A stretch of DNA of 64,000 nt, taken from Octopus vulgaris. Its lineage: Eukaryota. The DNA is taken from the NCBI GenBank assembly GCA_951406725.2, contig OX597818.1, positions 22,568,001-22,632,000 on the forward strand, in the 5' to 3' direction. Made by a program: the position numbers and the translations under genes. Under the pieces are notes generated by a model. The model saw only the letters and a program-made list of their open reading frames with translations, was not told the DNA's origin and did no database searches. This document shows, piece by piece, positions 54,619 to 64,000 of the stretch; the stretch's first letter is position 1; every line of letters begins with the position of its first letter.

Positions 54619-55410
54619 TATGTTTTTGCTGTGAGAAAAATTTTTCGCAATTCCATGTTCTACTAAAAAGTAAAATTAGAAAATATTTTAGATCCCGCGC
54701 CCTACCACATTTTTCCCAGACCTCAATTGGTGGGGCTTATGCCCTACTGGTTTCGATGGAAATGACAATGCGATCACGATAACACAGGACATAGCCTAGA
54801 GTAACGAAATATCTTCTCTCATTGAGGAATATTTAGAGAAATTTTGAATCGACGTTCTCTGCCAAACACAACCAAGGAATCGAAGGATCTCAGTGAAACG
54901 AAGTCGAGTATCACTGAATCGGGAGGCTTCCTGTTAAAATAAGAAGAAAGAAAATCGACGTAGGGCGAGCGTTTACTTTTGTGATGTTTAGTGTCGTTAA
55001 TATAACGACGAAGTACAACATTCTAACATTGAACCATCGCACTAGAATTTTTTGAGAGGAATTTATCATGACTCTGAGTAAACTGATGTATTCTATATTC
55101 CGTCACAATAGCGAAACCTCAATTGAATAGGTCTACCTGTGGAATTGTTTAATAACCCAATACAAAATATAGCCGAAGCGTCTACAACAGTCTCAACATA
55201 GCCTTGTTCTGCTTTAAACAAACGTCTTGAGGACAGGTTGACTACCTTATTCTGATATTGCACTAAATCTAAATGCGAAGAATCGGTAAATCAGTATTGA
55301 TTTCTTTTGTTGTAAGTTCAGAGAACAGTATCTGTTGAACGGGAGACTCAGTAGAGCTCAAAGTGACTCGTATACAGTCGTTCACTTGAATTTTGATTCA
55401 TATTGTAAAT

Positions 55411-55793
55411 TGGGAAGCACTCCGTCGGTTACGACAACGAGGGTTCCGGTTGATCCGATCAACGGAACAGCCTGCTCCTGAAATTAACGTGTAAGTGGCT
55501 GAGCACTCCACAGACACGTGTACCCTTAACGTAGTTCTCGGGGATATTCAGCGTGACACAGAGAGTGACAAGGCCGGCCCTTTGAAATACAGGTACAACA
55601 GAAACAGGAAGTAAGAGTGAGAGAAAGTTGTGGTGAAAGAGTACAGCAGGGATCACCACCATCCCCTGCCGGAGCCTCGTGGAGCTTTAGGTGTTTTCGC
55701 TCAATAAACACTCACAACGCCCGGTCTGGGAATCGAAACCGCGATCCTACGACCGCGAGTCCGCTGCCCTAACCACTGGGCCATTGCGCCTCC
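55411..55793 (-). mobile_element. tRNA-derived SINE family C
   Basis: Head GGAGGCGCAATGGCCCAGTGGTTAGG..GGTTTCGATTCCC; TSD CATATTGTAAAT at 55399 and 55794. Confidence 0.92.
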
Positions 55794-56717
55794 CATATTG
55801 TAAATAGTGGGTCAGTTACTACATCAAAATTTGAAATGAATCATTAATAGTGCTACATAGCAGCAAGTATGGAACGAAAACTGGCAATGTCTGTAAGGAT
55901 GAAAACTTCATTACAGCTGACAGTCGATCAGGACTCGGATTGATAGCTTTAGAACTGAAAATATATCCCATTAGACAAGGAATCTGGATCATTGACCATT
56001 ATAATTACGCTGTTAAGGTTGTTTCAGGTATAACTTCTTGTGTTTAGCTTATCCATTTCTGTTTTAATATTCAAATTTATCATCAATTTTATCGTTAGTA
56101 AATTACCTAGCACCGTTGCTTAACAAGGCGATATAATTCATGCAATTGATAAGCCAATTCACGATATATGTTTGCTATAATTGCTATAAATGCTGGTTAA
56201 ATATGTCATCAAAATTAATGCTTCCCAGGCAACGAATTTGAAAAACATATGACTGATGACTGGAAGCATTCGTTTTTGAAATTGTAGTTGACCAGTGTTT
56301 TATGCAGTTACTCTTTATTTTCATTTTTCTTTCGGTGGTAATGGTGGTGGGGGAAGTGTTAGTCGATCCAATCAACTTTGATACTTGACTAGTACTTTAT
56401 ATTATCGACTCCCAGGAAGGCATAAGTTGAATTTGGTGGGGTTTGAACTTAGAACATAAAGTGACAGAAGAAATACTACATGTTATTTTGTCCGACGATT
56501 TGTCGATTCCGCCAAACTGCTGCTGGTGAATTACAGTAATTACATTAATAACTGTCCAATATACGCATCAAACAAACTTCCTACTAAATAAATATAGCTC
56601 GGTAGCTCTTACGATAATTTACCCATACTAATTTACACGTATCTTTCGTAATCTATTGATTACCTCGTCGAGGTTACATTCAACGCAGGACCGTTTATCA
56701 ACGCTGAATTAATATTG

Positions 56718-56933
56718 ATTTCAAATCTTTGCCATAAGGCCAGCAGTTTTTGGGGAGGTGGGTAAATCGATTACATCCATCCTAGTATTCAACTAGTACT
56801 TATTTTATCGACTCCTTAAGGATGAAAGGCTAAGTCGACCTCACCGGAATTTGAACTCAGAACAGAAAGACGAATGAAATGTCGCTATGCTTTTTTCCCG
56901 TTGCACTAACGATTCTGCCAGCTCGCCGCCTTA
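56718..56933 (-). mobile_element. SINE family A (tail type 2)
   Basis: Reverse-complement head at about 56930; TSD GAATTAATATT. Confidence 0.85.
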
Positions 56934-56962
56934 AAAGTTGAATTAATATTACTAATTAAGTG

Positions 56963-57180
56963 AAGGCGGCAAGCTGAAAGAATCGTTAGCGCGCCGAGAA
57001 AAACAAATGGCGGTATTTCGCCTGTCTTTACGTTCTGAACTAAAATTCCGCCGAGGTCGACTTTTCCTTTCATCCTTTCGGAATCGACAAAATGAGAACA
57101 AGTTGAGCACTGGGGTTCGTTGTAATCGACTTACCACTTCCCCCGAAATAAATGGCCTTGTGCCAAAATTTGAAGCTATT
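56963..57180 (+). mobile_element. SINE family A (tail type 2)
   Basis: AGGCGGCAAGCTG...; TSD TATTACTAATTAAGT. Confidence 0.85.
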
Positions 57181-57499
57181 ATTACTAATTAAGTAATTAA
57201 TGCAGATAAGCGCAAATGATAAATCCGGTGAATGAAAATAAATAAATAAAAAAAAAAGGATTTATTTCTTAATACAAAACCAAAGCAAACACTTCATAAG
57301 GTTTTAAATTACAATTACGGAATAAATCTTAAGACTTTAAAACACAAAATTTCATTAAAATCCTTGCAGAATCACATTTTGCTCCTCATCTGTACTGAAT
57401 GAACTTTCAATAATCATTAAGGATGAAATGATATCATCGTCGGATTCTTTTCATCGCCGTTGATTGCTGCCTGTGATTATATGTTGCATATCATCATAT

Positions 57500-57537
57500 C
57501 TTGTTGTTATTGCTGTGCTGCTGCTGCTGTTGTTGTT

Positions 57538-57570
<33 letters not shown>

Positions 57571-57618
57571 CTTCTTCTTCTTCTTCTTCTTCTTCTTCTT
57601 CTTCTTCTTCTTCTTCTT

Positions 57619-57698
<80 letters not shown>

Positions 57699-57800
57699 TT
57701 TCCTCCTCCTTCTTCTTCTTCTTCTCCTCCGCCCCTCTCCCCCCTCCTCCTCCTCCTTCTCCTCCCCTCCTCCTTCGTTGTCGTCGTCGTCGTCGTCACA
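57500..57800. repeat. Compound trinucleotide array (GCT/GTT/CTT/CTA/CCT/GTC)
   Basis: Direct reading. Confidence 0.93.
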
Positions 57801-58014
57801 CCCCTTCAGATATTCATCATCTCTACCCATGAAGTGCATTCGAAATTCCACGTCTCTCGACTGATTTGATAATAATGTCAGCTTTTTATTTCCTTTCATC
57901 TTTTGTGCAATATTTTATTCTCCATCACGCATCCAGTCACACCATTCCTACCACGACCCAACATCACCCACCACCACCACCACCACCATCATCACCACTA
58001 CTTCCACCTCAGTC

Positions 58015-58900
58015 ATGTACTTAATTGACTTATTGATACTATCATCTAATGATTGCAAAATATTTGCAAGTCCGTCAGCAATTTACCGCCTTATATACAT
58101 TACTTTGTGATCGGACGTTATCAACAACGCTCTTCTCCAGATATGACCTAAGCTGATCCCAGACGAGCAAACTCTTTCTTTTGTAGTGCACAAGGTCGTA
58201 AATTCCAAATTTCATTTATTTGTTTTCTTCCACCCAACTTTGTGCTTGTTCATGTACGATAATTCCTTTTGGAAATCTATCCTTGGCATAGATTTTTCTC
58301 TTAAATACAATTACTTATCGTATAAAATATTCTCTGCCATACAAGCAAGAACTTTTCATCAGTACAATTTGGATCACAATTAGTTTTCTCTGGTATGTTA
58401 AGATTAAGAGACGTTTCATTCAAGTTTCCAACGCATGATAATATGTAGCTATTTTCCCGCTGATTTCTGATTATATAAGATTAGTCAAACGTTAATATTT
58501 TATCTAGGACATTGGGCGACTTTTACGCCAACTTTGTTCTTTGCATAAAAGCCGAAATCATACTTACATATGAACTCTGTGCACCCTCCGGTACTTTCCT
58601 TAAAATCCCAAATTCCGTCTTTCTTGGGTCGCTTTTACACATAGATTTGGATAACACCACGAGTTACCGATTTTTAATCTTGATGATTTTCAAGTAGCCC
58701 TATTCGGAAAATTTCTTCTCCAATTGTATCCACGTAAAAAGCTCTGTCACCACACTTCGTTACTCGCATTGTCTCAAGTTTATTCGATATCGTTCCCCAG
58801 CTTCTCATAAGTTTCTGCGATCGCAAAATTCTTTTGTTGCTACGTATTTATTTGCCTTCTCGGCAACTTCAGAAGCTTTTGAATTTAATGCAGATTTAAA
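58015..58900 (-). pseudogene. pogo/Tigger-like DDE transposase remnant
   Basis: Minus strand: FKESTGGC.EF (FKAS.GW), FPKGIIVHEQAQSWVEE, SLLVWDQLRSYL, DGLANILQSLDDSINKSIK (QPLD motif). Confidence 0.72.
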
Positions 58901-59006
58901 CTTATTTTTCCTTTCTTTTTGGCGGAGGGAAACATTCTGTCTCCCTCTTTCTTTCACACATACGCACACACACAAACACACTCACGCTCGCACGCGCATT
59001 CACACC

Positions 59007-59053
<47 letters not shown>

Positions 59054-59480
59054 GCACGCACGCACGCGTACGCACGCACGCGTACGCACGCGCACACACA
59101 CAAACCGAATTTTAGAGCTAAAAATACACAAGTCTATTCTGAAAATGCTTTCTGGGAACACTAACACACTAACACTAGTCGTCTTCACAAGTGAGATTGT
59201 GACCTAACCTCGGACTGATTTTTATACAGTCTTCCCGAGTGCTGAAACTGATAGCAACAGTAAACAGTGAAACAAGTGATAATTGTGACATCATTGCGTT
59301 AGGAGGCATTGCCTTATGTCTCTTACCTGACGAGGCTGGTTACACTAGTTCACGGTTGTGTTTATATCAACAAACTCTAAACTGACTAAATATTGTGTAC
59401 ATCATCCATTCATAAACATGGTAATTACAGTAAATTTGACGAGCAATGGTCTACCTTATATAGGTAATTGCCGTGTCATA

Positions 59481-59730
59481 CAGAGGTCTCCAACCACCAG
59501 GCCAATGACCAGTGCTGGGCTGTGGATCATTTGGTACGCACAGAAAGTATTTCCAACATGCTATCTTTGTAAGGCGGGGTTTTCTATTATGAGAGCAACT
59601 AAAACGAGATTACGGAATAGATTGGACATAAAGAACACACTTCGGGTGTCACTGTCTCCCTTCACCCCTCGATGGGACCATCTCATCGCCGGGAAACAAA
59701 CTCAAGATTCCATTGATTCTGTATTATAGT
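59481..59730 (+). mobile_element. Deleted hAT (Charlie/Buster) element
   Basis: Left end CAGAGGTCTCCAACC fused to C-terminus FPTCYLCKAGFS..ATKTRLRNRLDI..LRVSLS..PRWD.L...Q.Q. Confidence 0.8.
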
Positions 59731-60501
59731 GATTTGTGATATTCTAAAATCTCTCTAAGAGATCAACGCGGTAGTTGTACTAATCACAGTAGTTGTACTA
59801 GCAAGTAATGTTCGTAGCCACTTCAACATGGCTGTCTGTTCGAACGGACTTTACTGTGATTTTTTAACCCCCAAGAGGACATATCCTCTAGCTGGTTAAC
59901 GATGCACAACAGCATCCGAGATATTGCGAGCCGAGGAGCTAGTGCTCAACTGATATTTTATTCTAAACACAAAAATTAATGTCAAAGCCGACCTCAGCAG
60001 AATTTGAGCAGAATGGCAAAGTCGACCACGGCAGAATTTGAACCCAACGTGAAGCTGGACGAATTGCCGCTGAGCAGTTGCTCGGCGTGCTAACGATTCT
60101 GCCGGCTCGCTGCCTTTTAAAAAATATTAGTTTGCAAATTTTAACAAAAGGCTAGCACGTATGGGGAGGGGATAAATCGATAACATCGATCCCAGTGTTC
60201 AATCTTATTTTATTGGTGCTAATTATAAGACGATAATTGAAGTTTTTCGCTTAAGGCGCTGATAAACGGAAACATGATATTTATGTGGATCGCAAATTAA
60301 AGGTATACTAACAAGAGAAATATTCATTTACTTGCTTTAATATTTTTACGGAGAGTAGTACCTTGACCACAAAATGTTGGAAAACTAAAAATTGACTTTT
60401 ACTTGAGGTACATGGAAAATTTAATTGTTTTAACTTCGTAAATGGGTCGACTTTTACACGATATTAGCCTTTTATCTGAGTGTATACGGAATTTCTATGT
60501 A

Positions 60502-61751
60502 TTGGGTCATCCCATAAATAATGAGTTTTTTTATACTTTTTTTTACAAAATTAAGATAAACAAATTTTTGTTAAATCTAAAATATACTCTCCTTCATTTT
60601 CTACAATACTTTTCCATCTATCTAGTAGACTTTCAAGGCCCCTCTTCCAAAATTCATTTGTCCGTGACAAAAAATACTTCTTCAGTACTGTTCTGACCTG
60701 GTCTACAGAATTAATATTTTTTCCAACCAAATGATTTTGAAGACTGCGAAATAAATGGTAATCACATGAGGTAATGTCCGGTGAATAAGGTGGGTGGAGC
60801 ATCGTTTCGCATTCAAACTGCTCCAGCCTTTTGAATGTCATCGTCGCTGTATGTGGCCGAGCATTATCCTGATGGAAGAACACCTTTCGTCTTGAAACCA
60901 AAGATGGTCGTTTTCCTTCTAGCGATGACTTAAGCCGCTCAAGCTGCTCGCAATAAATCTCCTTTGTTATCATTAGGTTGGGGTTTAAAAGTTCAAAGTG
61001 GACTAAACCTTTCATATCCCACCTTCTTTAGCCTGAGTTGCCGGTGTTTCTCCTTTTCCTACCCACTGTCTTCGGCGCTTGTCTTTTTTATAGAGAACCC
61101 ATTTCTTGTCACTAGCCTCTATTCGGTTGGAAAAAGGTTCATTCGTGTGACGTGACAGTAAAGAAGAGCATACATTCACTCTCTGCGTGCGATTAGACTT
61201 GGAAAGTTTGTGAGGAACCCATTGACCTAATTTGCTGACTATTCCGATGGCACACAGGTATCGATGAATGATTGAATGACCAAATCCAAGCTTCCCTGCT
61301 AGTTCATCAACTGTTACGATGGGGTTTTGTTCCACCAGGGTTTGCAGGATGTCGTCGTCGAACTCTACAGATCTTCCAGGAAAAGGCTCGTCTTCTAGGC
61401 TGTAGTTTCCAGCTCGGAATTTCGGGAACCACCGTTGACACTGTCTTACGCTTATTGTCCGATCTCCATATACTGCATTAATATTCCGAGGACTTTCCGT
61501 TGCGTTGTTGCCTTTATTGAACTCATAAAGCAAAATATGCCGAATATGCTCCTTTGTCACTTCGATTATAGCTTTTTAAAAAAATAACTATTAAAACCGA
61601 ACTGCACTCTTCAAAACTTTCTCTAAGAATAAGTACAAAATAAAATTACTACCTGCTTTTATAGCAAGTTGATGCAGGTAGTATATCGCGTCCTTCTCCG
61701 ACCGTTAGTTCATGCAATTGATAAAACAGCATTATTAATGGTATGACCCAA
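60502..61751 (-). mobile_element. Near full-length mariner (DD34D) transposon, one frameshifting deletion
   Basis: TA|TTGGGTCATCCCATAAATAATG ... CATTATTAATGGTATGACCCAA|TA; ORFs 61560-61012 and 61015-60551 with WVPHKL, HQDNARPH, YSPDITSCD (34 residues between the last two D). Confidence 0.95.
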
Positions 61752-61791
61752 TATTTACGTATGCATGTGTCTGTCTACTTCTACGTATGCA

Positions 61792-61878
<87 letters not shown>

Positions 61879-61920
61879 ATATATATATATATATACACAC
61901 ACACATATATATACACTACA

Positions 61921-62878
61921 GCAGTGTTTCGGCATAAGCGAACTTTAGGTTTGTCAAAATATGTTTGTAACATATTTCAAGTTCTAAAGGCAAATTCACT
62001 GCAGTTACCGTGGAGGAAAAAATTCTCTCTTATGGTGAAAATGTGTTAAAACACCAAACTTGTCCAATGTTGCCCCTGTCGAATTTCCAGACGCGTTTCT
62101 CTTGCTCTTTTGCAGTTATCAATGGGAAATACCGAAGAGAGAAAACTTTGAGCAGACTTAATTAAAGCCGTAACTTTAACAAAATACAGGCAAGAACATT
62201 GACTGAGTTGAACCATTAAGCCGCCAGGTCGGAATAATTTAAAGTTCGCTTAAGCCTAAACACTGCTTGGCGTTGATACTGCTGTAATTTTTTCCGACCT
62301 GGCAGTCTAATGGCGCGACTCAGTCAATGTTGTTGACAGTTTTACTTAAGGCAACGGCTTTAATTGTGGAGGCGCAATGGATCAGTGGTTAGGGTTGCAG
62401 ACTTGCGGTCGGAGGATCGCGGTTTCGATTCCCAGACCGTGCGTTGCGTGTGTTTATTGAGCGAAAACACCTAAAAGCTTCACAAGGCTCCGGCAGCGTG
62501 TGGTGGTGACTCCTGCTGTATTCTTTCGCCACAACTCTCTCTTCCTGTTTCCTTGAGTAACGCTGTGATGGACTGGCGTCCCGCCCAGCTGGAGGGAACA
62601 CATACGCCACAGAAACCGGGAAACCGGGCCGATGAGCCTGGCTAAGCTTGAAAAGGGCGGAAAAAACGGCTTTAATTAAGTCAGTCAGAGTTTTCGCTCT
62701 TCGATATTACCCATTATGACGGCTAAAGAACTAGAAACGCGTCTAGGAATCTGACAGGAGCAGCACTAGACAAATATGGTGTTCTTACACCCTTTTACTG
62801 TAAGACAGAATTTGTTCTGCACGGTAACTGAAGTGAATTTGCCTTGAAAAGTAGAATCATTTCACAAACATATTTTAA
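61921..62878. repeat. Large imperfect fold-back element (~290-bp arms) interrupted by a SINE
   Basis: 61955-62240 is reverse-complementary to 62285-62365 plus 62665-62878; 27-bp inverted repeats at 61921 and 62241. Confidence 0.75.
62366..62664 (+). mobile_element. SINE family C with an alternative 3' tail
   Basis: Same head as 55411-55793; TSD AACGGCTTTAATT. Confidence 0.9.
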
Positions 62879-63424
62879 CTACGAGTACGGGAAAACCTAC
62901 TTATTTTTTTCTGTCGGGGGCTTATATGCCCCATTATTAGATTATTTCCTTTAGCCATTGCACAGTGATCGCTTATAAGCTTATAAAATACTATCATTAT
63001 TATTTACAGAATAATGTATGTATGTATGTATGTATGTATGTATGTATGTATGTATGTATGTATGTATGTATGTATGTATGTATGTGTGTATGCATGTATG
63101 TATGTATGTATGTATGTATGTATGTATGTATGTATGTATGTATGTATGTATGTATGCTGACTGGACTACTAACTTTCTTTTGCTCTTAGATTTCAACAAG
63201 GTAACATCGACTCCTTCTGTCTCCAGCAGTCGATTTTCTGAATTTGCGCTCTAACGAATTCTTCCACCGTCTAGGCTTAAAAAAGCACTCATTGTTGGTT
63301 TCCTTGTCCTGTTTTTATTCTTTACATGTACTGTATTTTTATTTGTATTGCTTTTACGTCCTGTTCTTGTCACTTGTTTTCTTTCCTTGTTTTACCCCTC
63401 TGCAAAAGAATTTTATTTAATTCA

Positions 63425-63637
63425 TTTTGCAGGAAGGATTGCTTCGGCCGGATCGTGTTCTGCCCTTACCTTCGAAACACGCATTGAGTCGAACCAGGCG
63501 CAGCTGATGAAGGGGAATATTCTTTGTATTGTTTGTCTTGTACTCTGTTTTATGGTTGTTAAAAAAAGTCCGTTTCCTTGTTTGTTTTTATGTTTTCGTT
63601 TCTCGTTGAGTTCTACGTTTATTTGTGGTGTCCTGTA

Positions 63638-63641
<4 letters not shown>
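63425..63641 (+). repeat. Short T-rich dispersed repeat related to 20815-21045
   Basis: Shared motifs; ends in (TA)n. Confidence 0.7.
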
Positions 63642-63671
<30 letters not shown>

Positions 63672-63818
63672 CGAAAGTTGCAAAAAAAGCAACAAAATAG
63701 CTTTGACAAAAGAAAAACTTGGATATTTAATAAATGAGTAGAATTTAAACAGTGTGTGCGTTAATTATATTGGCATGATGACTCTCCCTAGACACAACTA
63801 TATATATACATATATATA

Positions 63819-63854
<36 letters not shown>

Positions 63855-64000
63855 TGTATGTATGTATGTATGTATGCATGCATGCATGCGTGTATGTATG
63901 TTTGTATGTTTGTATATATATATATATATATGAGACTTTAGGTCAGTGGGCAAACTGTGGCCTGCAAGATTTTCTGAATGGTACGCCATATTTTACGAGG

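Noticed and set aside
54735-54795. Minus-strand TATGTCC...GAAA-CCAG-TA-GGGCATA with a 7-bp stem I
   Set aside because: No recognisable CUGANGA core; at best a dead relic
55700-55793. tRNA-like sequences at SINE heads
   Set aside because: A/B boxes continue into SINE bodies with TSDs; not tRNA genes
58555-58575. Minus-strand GTAAGT donor
   Set aside because: Lies within the pogo transposase remnant
59240-59350. GAAACTG..CAGTA and CTGACGA boxes
   Set aside because: Cannot form a consistent stem I

Overview
Eukaryotic, AT-rich, repeat-dominated genomic DNA. The SINE families and extreme microsatellite density suggest an octopus or other coleoid cephalopod (inference). I can support no intact host protein-coding exon, and nearly all ORFs in the supplied track are microsatellite artefacts. 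Recognisable content: many tRNA-derived SINEs (three head types, several as tandem dimers/trimers); decayed non-LTR retrotransposons (R4/Dong-like RLE, RTE including one with three C2H2 fingers, a Penelope GIY-YIG remnant); DNA transposons (near full-length mariner, Tc1 and a Chapaev3-like element, plus hAT, pogo, Merlin and Helitron remnants and MITEs); and a solo LTR. A transposon-poor island at about 26-32 kb has a GC-rich, promoter/first-exon-like core. The most notable hidden signal is a set of about 9 type I hammerhead-ribozyme-like motifs in about 6 unrelated short repeats, mostly in or beside microsatellites. One has a fully canonical core (54355-54433, minus); others carry variant cores (G3:C8, U3:A8, A6U) and palindromic stem III, typical of Penelope-associated minimal/dimeric hammerheads. 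All folds and translations were done by eye.
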